DNA from: Bugula neritina
Taxonomy: Eukaryota > Animalia > Bryozoa
Length of the DNA: 64,000 nt
Assembly: GCA_964035545.1 (NCBI GenBank)
Contig: OZ037765.1
Coordinates: 29,325,504 to 29,389,503 of the forward strand
Direction: 5' to 3'
Position 1 is the stretch's first letter. Every line of letters begins with the position of its first letter. The position numbers and the translations under genes were made by a program. The notes under the pieces are model-generated. The model saw nothing but the letters and a program-made list of their open reading frames with translations. It was not told the origin of the DNA and ran no database searches. Below are positions 43,395 through 56,900 of the stretch, one piece after another.

Positions 43395-46300
43395 CGCCAG
43401 AACATAATCATAATAATATACAATATTGATGCCAAGATAACTCCAACATAATACTGCATGTCTATCTTGTACTAGCCATTTCCCTAGCTGTGACTATTTA
43501 TATATCCACTGAACATTGTTATAAGCCGTTGAATATATTATGTAGTTATACAAAAGCAAAGTACATTAAAACTAGATTTGTGTTCTCTCATATCAAATTA
43601 AATTGTTTTCTGGAGTTGTCGTACCTTTTGGTTGCACAGGCTTTAATTTACAGCTGTAACCTTCCGAGTAATATCTGTTAATCAATATTTATACAATCCT
43701 ATATAATAATTATAATGTAACTTGGTTACACTAAATGTGTAATTGAATGCATTGGTGCTATGAAAATGCATGTATTTTCTTATAACTTTTCTATGGAATC
43801 ATCATTCCTCCGCTATTCCTATAAATATATATGTGATATTCTAGTTGTGTTTGTTGCACCCCTTTATTAGACAAATTGATAAATAAATATTCAAATAATG
43901 ATCCGCACATTGTATAAAAGTGTAATTTTTAATTATACAAAGTTATTCTATTTATTACACGGAACATAAAAAAGACATAACCCATTTTACAATAATTAAA
44001 ACAGGATAAAGTTGTTGCAGCTATATCTTCTGTATATGTTTGCATCTTTTTAATAGCCCTAGTTACCATGTGGGTATATAATATATTAGAGAAATTAGTC
44101 TAGATACGTTAAAGATGTACCAAATACTTGGCTGCTATTGTTAGAGTGTTGTGAGATTTTAAATTTGATAATTTGATAAATGTAAACACTAAGCTAGAAA
44201 TAGCACTTGGAAAGGTTACCATGCATATCAATTGCTAAACCAGCACAGCGCTAGTTATACTGCAGGCTAGATTGCATCTTTGTAAATATGAAAAATATTG
44301 CCAACTGCTATTAGTTACTAATTATTTATTCTGTCGACAAAAGTGCTGCTGGAAAGCTTAGCATAGTGCAGATACAAATATTTATTCCACGCTTATTTCA
44401 TCTTTGCTTACCAATAAGGTAAATAATTTACTTTATGCTTTCAATCTAGTAACACCTTAGATTATATATTGATAACCGAGATTGTTAAATTGATAGGTTA
44501 GATGATTAACACATGGTGTTTGAGATATAATGTAAGGTACACTATAACATAGAACTGTTATATCCCTACCACATATAATTATCATGATTGCTTGTATTTA
44601 TAATCCTGACTTAGAGAGTATTTTATAGTAATAATAATAATAGAAAGAACAATGCATAAGTTTCCTGAACATTGAAATACATGCCTACTCAACCTTGAGC
44701 CAATACAACACTCCAGTGGGTCGTTTAATTAGCCCAATTTAACTCTGCATTAGCTGTTTAGCTAGGCTGCTATTGTTTTAAAGTCTTACATTTAAAATTG
44801 AAAATGCCAAAAAATACGCAACACAAATAAAATAAGAAAAAAGCATTTTAAATCAATATAGTATTTCAATTGTTGCTGACATTATAATGTAGTCTGGACC
44901 CCTAAAAGTACCACAAAGTGCTGGTTAAAACTGAAAACACCAAAGAACATAAAATTTACAAACTGCTTAAAACACATTCTAGCTTAGGGTAGCATTTGGT
45001 GGGTAACAGCAATTTTATTACATCAAATTATATTTTATATTATAAAAAAAGTTTTTCTGTACACTACTAACTCCACCATTTAGCATTGCAGGTGACTAGA
45101 GATCTGGAAAGTTCTACTAAGATATCTCTAGTAAAAATACCAGGATATTGATGTTCAAGCAGCGGCAATGCTTCATGCTACACCAAACTCATTAAGGATG
45201 CATCTGTAGAAAAAAGTTTTCTATCTATGCGATTTAATCAAAATTATAAACATACAATACTAATTGGATCAACTTTTTGAAAACAATGTCATATATAAAT
45301 TGGTATTTTGCTCTACACACACAAAGCTAATCAGCTTGTTTCTTAAAAAAAATATGAGTCTTTGTCTTAAAGTTTCAATCTAAATTTTAGTAGCGCAGTT
45401 GTATATTATTATATAGATAAATGTACCTATAAATGCTTTAAAACAACCTACGAAATACTACATACTCAGTACTGATTTCTAGCATATAACTACAAAGCTG
45501 TGTCCTGCAGTTTTTCTTTCTACCCAAAGCAATAATATTTATATGCTGTATTTTTGCATCTACTTATCAAATATGGTTGCCTGTATAATATTCCTGAGCT
45601 ATAATCTATAATATGAATGCAAATATCTACTCACAAGCTACTACCGCTGTTATATAAAATGCGTATGCTGCTATTTTAGAGGCGAAAAATTTTAAATAGG
45701 CTACCATAATTTCAAATTTGAAGTTATTACAGTCCTGGCTTAGCCTTGGCGTAGAATATAATATAGATAGTATTATTTATTTATAAACTCATGAATTATT
45801 TATAAAAAGGTTGAGCACTGCATGCTATTAATATAGTTAGGGTTTGGAATATCTGCCTGCTCATGTTAACCTACTGTTGGACTAAACAATGCATCTATCA
45901 TGATGGTGAATAGAAACTGTAAAGTTTGCATTTGGAAAAAATTGTTTAAATAAAGAATTATATAGATCCACTGGTAAAGGTAGTAACACCTAGTAACTAA
46001 TTCACGTGCATGGGAGCTGAATACTATTAGCTATTAGTCTAATTTCAGAAGTTTCATAATTTTAAAATAGTAAGCATTTTTTTTACAGACAGGATATATT
46101 TTATCATGCTTTAATTAGCAATTTTGCAAACATATATTTCAAATATAATATGTGCTAAAATTACATTTACGAATTTGATTACAAATATAGATTAAGCCGA
46201 AAAACTAAAATTTAACTTGTACATATTTGTTGCATAGTTTCATGTCAGATGATTGAACAAATTAAGCTTTTGCATAAAAATATATTTTAGAAAATAGCAA

Positions 46301-47931
46301 ACAGAATACGTGAAAACTGGTGAAAACAACTTTGTGCATGTCAACATGTCAGGTCTACGAAAACTTACTGGTACCAGTATAAAATGGTCAAACACAGTCT
46401 TTTAGATATAAATTTTAAAACACCTCTTCATTTTAATTAAATTAGATTGGAGATATAAATTTGGGCTAATTATGTTACAGGAATATACCATTTATTACAG
46501 TGCTTCAATATTATAAAGACAACTATATTATATAATACATAGAAGTGGAAAGATGCGTCTTGTTGTAGTACGTGCAGAGTCTACTAGAGATGGGAGATAG
46601 TATGAGGTATGCTGTAATATTGTAACTGAATAGAAATAGAATTATTTATGCTAGGTTAAAACAAACACATTTAGCATAAGATAGTATTAGCTTAACCTGG
46701 AGGCTAATCAATGATAGAAAGCAGTAAAATATTATGATCTTCATATTGCTTTTTGTATTAATCAATGATCTTTTGACAGTCTCAATTACTCCATTAAGAT
46801 AATGAAAATGAAAGCAGGCTGTTTACCTCATATCAAATACAAGTAACTCTTTCATGTTTTTCTATCTTGACAGTTTATTCTAAATTTTAAAGCAATCATT
46901 TATAAGCAAATGTGCATAATACTGTTTGGAAGTAATATACAAATTCTCATCACTAAGGATTAACCCTAAATTTCATGAATAAATATTGCAAATAGTTTAG
47001 AGAAACTTTTATGTCAAAAATATAAATGATAAGAACTCGATTTTCTGTTTTGTGGATAAAAATACACATTAAATATATTAGAATGCTTGTATGTAATAAG
47101 GGAAAACTATTTATAATGTATATTATATTTAACATGTAGTAATATAATAGGTACATGCCTATCAATAAAGTTACCTGGTTCCATACTATTTTATTTCAAC
47201 TATTGCTTATTGAAACCCAAGAAGATATTGATGTCACTAAGAATTGTCATCGCTGTCGCAATTATGACATAATATTACAGGCTGTACTCATGCTATTTGC
47301 TTGCCATTCATACAGCTTGATTGATAGCTGAATGGAATGCTATTTTTGACTTTTATTTACAGTCTGTGATATTTTGAAAGAAGGCTTACAATAGTGGGTC
47401 TATTAATGACTGGGCCCTATTTTACACATTCATAACTATGTCACTTCATTGATACAGTCATTCTGTATAACTATAACCCAGTCTATTACTTAATGTTACA
47501 TTAAATTAATTACTTTAAGATAAGCTAGTGAACTGGTGAGAGGTTTATGGAGTGTATAAGCAATCTCTAAGAGGTAAGACGACTACTTGCAGAGATATTT
47601 TCCATTACAGTAAACACGGCGTTTAATTAGTAGCCATATGTGAGATGGTGAGACAGTCTATATATTAGATATTAATGAAATATCAAGTGAATAATGGCAT
47701 TGCCTGAGCAATCAATAACAGTCTAGATAAGAAGTATATCACTTTTACATTTGATAGACTCATAGTTTTTAGGGAGAAGGGAGAGAGCGCATTGGATAAA
47801 TACTGGAGGACTTCTTGAGTTGCAAGCAGCATCTGCAATGATTAAATATTGTTGCAAACTTTAATGAAAATGACTCTATGACTCAGATTAAGGTTTGAAT
47901 TCAATAGATTCTAGAAAATTATTATAACGTG

Positions 47932-50900
47932 ATGGCAGCTATAGCTTATATGATCTGCTGTGTGTTGGCGATCATCATTCCTTGGTACGTAGTTGCCGAA
48001 AGTGACTTATCTGGCATTATATCAGATGGCGATATAATGGTAGGAGGAATATTTCCTGTCCACACTGGTGATGAAATCAGCAAGAAGTCATGTTCGTCTT
48101 TAAACAAGGAGAGGGGAATACAGAGACTCGAAGCAATGAGGTTTTCCATTACGGAGATTAATAATGATGACAGCATTTTAAAAGGGTTAAAACTTGGTAC
48201 GATGATTCTAGACAGCTGCTCTGACGCCACTCACGCTCTCGACGAGTCTCTCAACTTCGTGATGTCAACTTTGACAGCTTCTCAGACTGACAAATGCGCA
48301 GCTGATTCTACTTCTGGTGGCAGCAGCCAGAACAGACCAATTGTTTCGGTAATCGGTGCAGCTTTCAGCGGTGTTTCTCTAAATATTGCGAACCTTCTGA
48401 GACTATTTGAGATTCCTCAGATTAGCTATGCATCTACCAGCGCTGAGCTTAGCAATAAAGACAAATATGGCTACTTCATGAGAACAGTACCACCAGATAA
48501 GTTACAAGCCCAAGCATTTGCTGACATTGTTAGATACTTTAACTGGACGTACGTATCGACAGTGGCGTCTGCTGGAGAATACGGTGAGTCTGGCATCGAG
48601 TCTTTCAAGAAACAATACAAAAGTTCAGGTCAGTGTATTGCAGCAGAAGTGAAAATTCGCTCTGAGCCGACTGCAAAAGATTTTGAGGAAGCTGTTATAA
48701 ATCTGTACAGTACCAAAGCAGGAGTGGACAATCGAGCAAAAGTAGTCATACTCTTTGTTAGTGTAGATGATGCAACCGGAATTTTGAGTGCAGCTACCAG
48801 ATTAAAGTATTATGATGACTTTATATGGGTGGCTAGTGAAGGTTGGGGCAATGCAAAGAAACCAGTAGCTAACAATGAACAGGCTGCTCAAGGGGCTCTA
48901 ACGATTACTTTGAAATCTCAAGTTATTTCAGAGTTTGACACTTATTTTAATGCCTTGTCACCAACCAACAATCAGGATAACATTTGGTTTCACCAGTATT
49001 GGGAAAAAACCCACAATTGCACTCTTCTTCCGAACACTGTTACTGGTAGCACTCCTACGAACTCGGCAAAAGTTGGCCACCATATTTGCACCGGAGATGA
49101 AATAGATGCGGACTATGAACAGGAAGCAAAAATACAGTTTGTTTATGATGCCGTGTATGCACTAGCGTTCTCCCTAGATCGCTTGTATAGAGAGACGTGT
49201 GGAGAAAACGCCACAAGTATTTGCAGTAATCTAACTTTCAACACAACTATGAGGGCAAGGCTGATGAAATATATAAAAGAAAATCAACGAAATGGTAAGA
49301 ATTTAAATTATGATAGATTCACATACTGTTTTTATTACAAAATTCTTAAAACAAGATTCCAAATTGCAGATGCTTAAATACTAGCCTAGACTGTTTTTCA
49401 ATAATTGGCAAGGGTTTTTTCAAAAAGAATTTCTCCAGTTTTTGCATCACTTTCTGGAGCTTCAATTTTTGCTGTGCTTTGAGTTCACAGTTTGACAACT
49501 AATAAAATATTAACTAGAAGCCAGCTATTGCTAAATGCCTTAAAAGTGTTTCTGATATTAGTAACATCACCTGTGGCTAAAATCTATATATTATACAGCT
49601 ATATCATCAAATGGAAAGTGCAGTTTCAGTCAATAATTAATAATAATATAACGCCGCTGCATATACTGCTAGTTCTAAAGCACAAGTTTGATTTCCCATG
49701 TACATTGGTTCATTCCTTGTTATTGTATATCTGAAATTAAATATTGGAATAGGTGTATTACTTTAGGTGCATCTTCATGGCTCAATTAATTTTTTATCGC
49801 TTAAGTTGAATGACTTGTTACTTATACGTGTGTCTGATAATAGACAAGACGAAAAGCTATATTATTGAACCAGTGAATTCTCTATAGAGGATGTTTAAAG
49901 AATGTATTTGATCAATTCTTTGCTAGATAATACACTGCATTGATGTCACTGATGCCAGGCCAATTTCCCTGCTTTAGGTGATCAAATACACAGCGTCAAG
50001 TGTCATATTGCCAACACCTATTTCACTGTAGAATATAATATTATTATAGTTGCTGGTTTAGTGTTTGAAATGTATTAATACATAATATCTGATGTCATAT
50101 TAGTAGAGAGTGAATGAGATATCTATACTATTATCTACAAGCCATTATATTCTAAGTATTTCCATAGGAAGTGTTTGCACTATTTTGCTGTTTAAAATAA
50201 CAAAGTTCTCTTTCACACTTGGCTGTTGACAAACAAAAGACACAAAACTGTTGCTATAAGGTGAATTGTTGTCGATATTTCAGGAAGCTGTATCACGGAA
50301 TGCTTTCATGTGTTTTTGAAAATAGAAATATGTGAGTTAGTTGCTATAAATAGCTAACAGCTGACACCCTACAATTACCTATAGTAAAAAATTTGCATAC
50401 AAATGCTATTGAAAAATAGTTTCGTAGCTGTGATAACTTTCTCAAAGCTTTTATACTGCTGGTTTTTATGACTCATTTATGAAGATGAAACATTTTATTT
50501 AATTTTAGTACAGCTGCTATTATCATTATATAAGGGCTATAATAAATTACAGTTTTATATCAATTATAAATACAGTTTGTGTAGATGTTTTCTTCAACTC
50601 CTTGCAGCCTAATGTGTAAGAATGGGTAAAGTGAAGCATATAGACTTGTTTTAAAACACTGTGTGCAGAAACTACTGATAACATAATATTTACAACTAAT
50701 GGTACTAATAACTGTTTGAGATTTTGTATCGGTTTGTGTTTGTGTCTGGTTGCAAGATATGCTTTAACTACTAGCCAACTTGGCAACAGGTTTTCGAGTT
50801 TATTAACTGTCAAATCGTACCCTATAAAATGGGAAACATTAGAAATTGTATAAATAAGTAGTCACAATATAAATCAAAATTCAGAGGAACACTATGAATA

Positions 50901-53900
50901 TTACAGAACCAAAAAATTGACATGAACTATTATAATTCTAATAAACTTACAATATTGATGCGTGGATAAAAATCTTAGCCATCACAATGCCGAAACCGAT
51001 AGTTTATTCATACAAAGAGTGTAAATATGGCGGTTTGATCATGATACACTGACTCATGCAGTACAGTGAATGAACTAGCTCTGCCAGCTAATAGTAGCTT
51101 TGGTGAAAGCTTTTGAAGCTTGAAAGCTTTAATGATTGGCTGCCTGCCAATACTTCTGGGTGGCATACCAATACATCGGTGGGGTCGAATTGTTTGGCAG
51201 ATACTATTCTGACAAATATTGATAAATTATGTAAATCAAAACAGACAAAACAAACAAAACAAAATAGGATCAGTCACAGACCATGAAATTCTTGCACCAA
51301 TTCGCTGACCCTCCGCGCACCAGCCCGTCCCCCGGAAAACGGTTGAATGCAAACCCTCTCCAGCGACACGAGCGTACACGCGGCCAAGACGGTAGATCAG
51401 TCATTTATGGGTTCACCTCAGTTAATAAAGCCAACTTATGCACGCTGCGGGTTATGATAGTGTCTTTACAGCCTACATAGTCCCTCAGTTTTCCTGCTAC
51501 CTTATAGTTTGGTCTGCCGTAAATCTGTTTTTCTCCTCTCACAATATACGGACCAAAAAGATCTATCATTACATTGTTGAACGGCGGTCCGGTCGTTAGT
51601 CGTTCTGTAGGTAGACTTCCCATCAGTTGATCAGTAAAGCGAGGTTGTTTGAGTCGACACATTTGGCATGATGTTACTATGCCCCTAGCAACCTTAGATC
51701 CCTGCATAGTCCAAAACTCTTCTCGGAATCTTGCGAGTGTTGCATCTCGGCCACGGTGATAGCTGTCTGTATGTGCCTGCCGCATTGCCAAGTAGGTAAA
51801 GTAGTGAGTGGTGGGAAGGATTGATTGCATGTGCGTTTTAATCGCTGTCATGGGGTTATGCCTTAGGAGTCTACTGCCTACTATCCATACTCCACTCTCT
51901 GTCTTAATGGGGTGAAGTCTTGTGTATTTCCCTTTAATCTTGTTCAACTCAGAATCTATAGTGCGTTGTACCTGCTTCAGTAAGTAGAGTTTGGTCTGCC
52001 GTAGATCTGTCACGGTGACGAGATCAGGTTGGATTCCCTTAAAACTTTTGTACTTGAAGACGTTGCGAACTCGAGCTATTGTCCATGTTAGACTCTTGAG
52101 GCTGCTGAAATTTTCATATTTAATAAATGATTGGACTTCTGTTGATGCAGTGACGGTGTAAACTATTTTCTTCTCTCCAAAGACAAGCTCATTCGAGTCA
52201 GATGGCGATTTTATATCCCATTGATCCTCAGGCAGATAGAGAAAATTTGGGCCTCTCCACCATTCACTCGCAGGTCCAATGTCATTGACAGGCTTCCCTC
52301 TTGTAAGCCAATCTGCTGTGTTTTCCTTGCCACTTACCCAGTGCCAGCAGCTCATATCTCCATTGGTTGCTCCCTGAATTTCTCCAACGCGTACACCCTC
52401 GTAAACATGAAACCTTGTTGACTTCTTTTGGAGCATCTTGAGCACTGTTTCAGAATCTCTAAGCTGATAAACTTTCTCAAACTCATAGCGCATTTCAGTC
52501 TTAATAACTTGTCTGCCTCTCTTTGACCATACGGCCGCATTGAGTTCTAGTTGAGGAATCTTGAGTTGTTGTTTTATGGGTGCTATACGACATTTAGCTG
52601 TAGCTTTGTTTACCCCTTTAGCAGTCGCTTTAGATTCTGCCCCCTCATTGGCCGGAACAGGCGTGGATTGTGTGATAGAGGTACTGCTAGTAAATTCATA
52701 CTTTCTTTTAATCTCTATAGACATGGATGTAGAGTCATTGACTTCTAAAGATCTGTTCAACTGTCCAGAACCGATTTGTTCCGCAGACTCAGTGTCTGGG
52801 TCTCCAGGGCTCTGTAACGGGTCGGAGTCGTCGGCTGACTCAATCATACCACATTCAGTGGCTATAGTATGTGATTCACCACAATCTATAATAGTCTGAG
52901 GTCTTGAAAATGACTTTGCAAACTGACTGGGAGATGCGTCGGGACGATTGACACTGTAGGCCGGCGAAGAAACTGTGGACAAGTCCAAATCACAACTGTT
53001 GAGCGTGTCGTTGTGAATGCTTTGAGAAAATTCAACTTCCTCTAACTTCTCATGCATCATGGTAGCCTGTACATGGAAAGATGAGGATGGAAGTGTAGAA
53101 AAGTTGCTAAGGACCAGGTGTGATCCCTGCACACACAGTCCAAAGGGTCCAGAATATACATAGAGGTGAGGTCCTGCTTGATCAACTTGGTGTTTTGGAT
53201 GCAATCTAAGAAGATCGTTACCAATTAGCAGGTCGATAGGTCCGGTCTTCTTCAATAGCTTACTAGTGTCTACTTTTGGGAACAGAGATCCGAGGATGTT
53301 TGCATCAAGTGGCCTGTTGATAGCCCCTGTGAGTTTCCGAAGGCTGTAAGCTAAAATCGCAAAGGTCCTTCCCTTTGGAGTTTGTAACTTTACTTCGTAA
53401 ATAGTAGAAGTTTCGCTAACTTCATGTTCACCAAGTGTGTTCATTTCCAAATTCACCTTATCTATTTGTCGCGCACCCCACGCTTTAGCAGCTCTCTCCG
53501 ATATGAATGAAGCATTGGATCCGCCGTCAAAGAATACAATAGCTGTATGAGATGTACCCACTACTTGAGCCTGCTGAATGGCAAATACTGTAGTATTTCC
53601 TGGATGATTGTGCGCTCCATGATTGGGAGACACACGGACCGTGGTGCTAACAGCAGACACTTCAGAATTCTCATTACTCTTGTGCTTAATTTGATCAGCT
53701 TTTACTTTATTCTTGTTGGTATTACAATTGGTATGTGTATTAGTTTCAGCTGATTTGATACACAATAATACATGGTGGGTTGTTTTATCACAGACTGGAC
53801 AAGGGGTTCGGAAATTTGGACAGCGCTTAGGCTCATGGGCACCCAAGCACCTAACACATAGAGAATTAGTTTTTATTAACTTGTATCTTTCATCTACAGA

Positions 53901-56900
53901 CAACGCCAAGAAATTTCTGCACTCAACAAGACAATGACGCTCACTGCGATGAATAAAACAGTAATTCTCACTATCAATGATTTTGCTATTATTAGTAGAC
54001 CTGTTACTACTAGACTTTGGGCCGCTGCTTTCAGTGTGGAACGCTTTCACCTTCTGTTTATGCATACTGGAGGACTGCGGGTTTACGGTTTCTATGCGTC
54101 TGAGGGCTATCTGCCGTTCCTGCTCTAGAAACCTCATGAGGTGTGGGAATGGCTTGATTCTCTCCTCGTGAGTAAGCATGTGAAAGTGTCTATCCCAGTC
54201 CCGTCTAATGCTTGTAGGTAATAGGTTTGCAAGAGTATCGACTTGTGGCAGCGTAACAGTTTGCAAAAGTCCCACTTCACCGAGTTGGCTGTACGAACTT
54301 TCCACTGCGTTGGCCATTTTGACGAGTTCTCGTGCATCTCCTTCCTTTACTGGCTTTAGTTCTTGTAGGTTGTTGGAGACTGCTTGCACACTCATGCTAG
54401 GATCATTGTAGACCTCTTCCAATCTACACATCATTCTCTCGTAAGCTTGAGGCTGAGTTGCGAAGATTGGCTGAACCATCTCCAGAGCTTCGCCTGTGAG
54501 AAATTTTTTTAATTCACAAGCCCTATCGACATCATCGTAAAACATAGTGGCATACCTTAGCCACACTGACCTAAATTCCGGCCAATAGTATCTAGTGCCG
54601 TTAAATGGCTTGGGTTGTGAACGAGTTTTATGTATAGATGAATTGAAGTTATTTCCACCTGTATGTCTAGAGTCATAACTCATTTGAGTTGTCCCATTAG
54701 GGTAGCTATCATATGCATTGACAACCGAGGAAGTTGCGCCGCGAATCAAAGATTCAGAATGAGCTGCACGATCAGGACTACCATGTAGATCACATACTGA
54801 GAATGTAGAAAAACGAACATCTTTGAGATTGGTACTTGCTATGACACCTGGATTTGATGCCACAGCTTCACCCGATGTGTGATCTTCCCGTAGTACCTGC
54901 CTATCACTACCACTTGCTGTGATACCTGGATTTGGTGCAAGAGTAGCCTCATGTGTGCTAGGGTGTGATCTAGGAGGAAACAACCGACTCGACGCGACCA
55001 TAGTCGGTGCATGACTCGCGCCGTCTGGAGGTGAACCCCCACTCATACCGCTCTCCGCGAGACCGGACCGGACCACGGACGGATCAGATTCACGGTGTTT
55101 AAAATTCATGCTCTGTGACTGAGCCCTTGACATAAGAGTAAACTTAGACATACAATAATCTAAAGATAAAATAACTTCGTCTAGTTCTAATAATAAATCA
55201 GAAAAACCTATGGTATCTGCCAAACTTTCTGAAAGAGCTACACATTTCCTAAGATGTTCAGTGATAAGAGTATTGTCAGTACAATCAGTAACTAATCCAT
55301 TGGCTTTCTTAATTGCTAAAATAAGGCTGTGCTTGATTTTATAGAATTTGCTATGCCAAGTATTACAGTCAGAAATAGCTTTGTCATAACTAGCCTTTAC
55401 AGTTTGATAGTACTCTACTGGACTCATCTTATTAACATAAGCAATGTCTTCCATAGACTCATCTGATGAAACGTATTCCAAAAAGTCATAATGGATAGTT
55501 AGAAACTCTTGATATGTAGATTCAAGCTGAGATCGCAGGCATTCCACTTGTGTAGAGTTGCTACTAGAGATTGCTGATTCTATGAGATTAGTTAGCATTG
55601 TTACCTTAGACCTCAGAGTAGTACGTTGCTTCTTGAGATTAACTATGTCCTGTCGGTCCATGTCAGCCTCAACAATATTGGTACTGTATCGGTTTGTGTT
55701 TGTGTCTGGTTGCAAGATATGCTTTAACTACTAGCCAACTTGGCAACAGGTTTTCGAGTTTATTAACTGTCAAATCGTACCCTATAAAATGGGAAACATT
55801 AGAAATTGTATAAATAAGTAGTCACAATATAAATCAAAATTCAGAGGAACACTATGAATATTACAGAACCAAAAAATTGACATGAACTATTATAATTCTA
55901 ATAAACTTACAATATTGATGCGTGGATAAAAATCTTAGCCATCACAATGCCGAAACCGATAGTTTATTCATACAAAGAGTGTAAATATGGCGGTTTGATC
56001 ATGATACACTGACTCATGCAGTACAGTGAATGAACTAGCTCTGCCAGCTAATAGTAGCTTTGGTGAAAGCTTTTGAAGCTTGAAAGCTTTAATGATTGGC
56101 TGCCTGCCAATACTTCTGGGTGGCATACCAATACAGATTTAGACTTTATACTTTATGTTACACTCTGTGCTATGCACTAAATACACTAGCTCACTATAAA
56201 GTTTGCTGTTAGTCTAGTACTACAAATTATGTGTCTAACTATCTTAAACTTTGTGTGGTTTTTTATTTCCAAAGTTAGATAAAATTGTTGATAGAATGGT
56301 GCTCCTATCTAATTTGTTTTAACTGATTGATTAATTATTGACTATCATGTTGCAACCTGTTCAGTTGCTTTAACTTGGACAACCGAAGCAGCTTGATTAT
56401 AGATGTTGGATATTGCAGCCAAACCCTCTGCTTATGACGCTACTATATTATTGTATAGCCAGAGCTAAGACACAGTGCAATGTGTAAATGTGCTGAATCT
56501 TAACAACATGGCTGAATATTCAACTACCATGCATATTGTTTCGTTTTTGATTTCATTAAAGAATATGTAATTATCAGTCATTTCATTAACTTTGCCTTAC
56601 AATTTTTCTATAGCCAATCTACTGCTTATATAAACATGCTATTTTAAAGTACATTTTATAGTCTAAGTTCCATACTCTTCCTGTTGCTGCCACTTATAAT
56701 CTGCGGGTTGTTTTAGACCCCCACGGAAACATCATTAGATTTGATGAAAATGGTGATAGCCTTGGATTCTACAATATAATGAACTACCAAAAGATAAACG
56801 CAAATACATATGGCTATATCAAAGTTGGCTCATGGAATGACAAAGAGCTCGATATAGACTTAGAGCGTGTCCAATGGCCGGGCGGAGCACTCCCTTCTGG

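Larger units (their letters stand above)
50725..56135 (-). mobile_element. BEL/Pao LTR retrotransposon, internally deleted (non-autonomous), 5411 bp, antisense in the first mGluR coding intron
   Basis: Identical 451-bp LTRs (50725-51175, 55685-56135; TGTAT..ATACA) and a 5-bp TSD GATTT (50720-50724, 56136-56140). The ORF has BEL-type Gag, three Cys-His knuckles, protease, partial RNase H and partial integrase. Confidence 0.95.

Noticed and set aside
51300-51404. SECIS or ribozyme interpretation of the BEL 3' hairpin (AUGA at its base)
   Set aside because: The stop is UAA, there is no apical AA motif at SECIS spacing, and no hammerhead CUGAUGA/GAAA core or HDV pseudoknot was evident.
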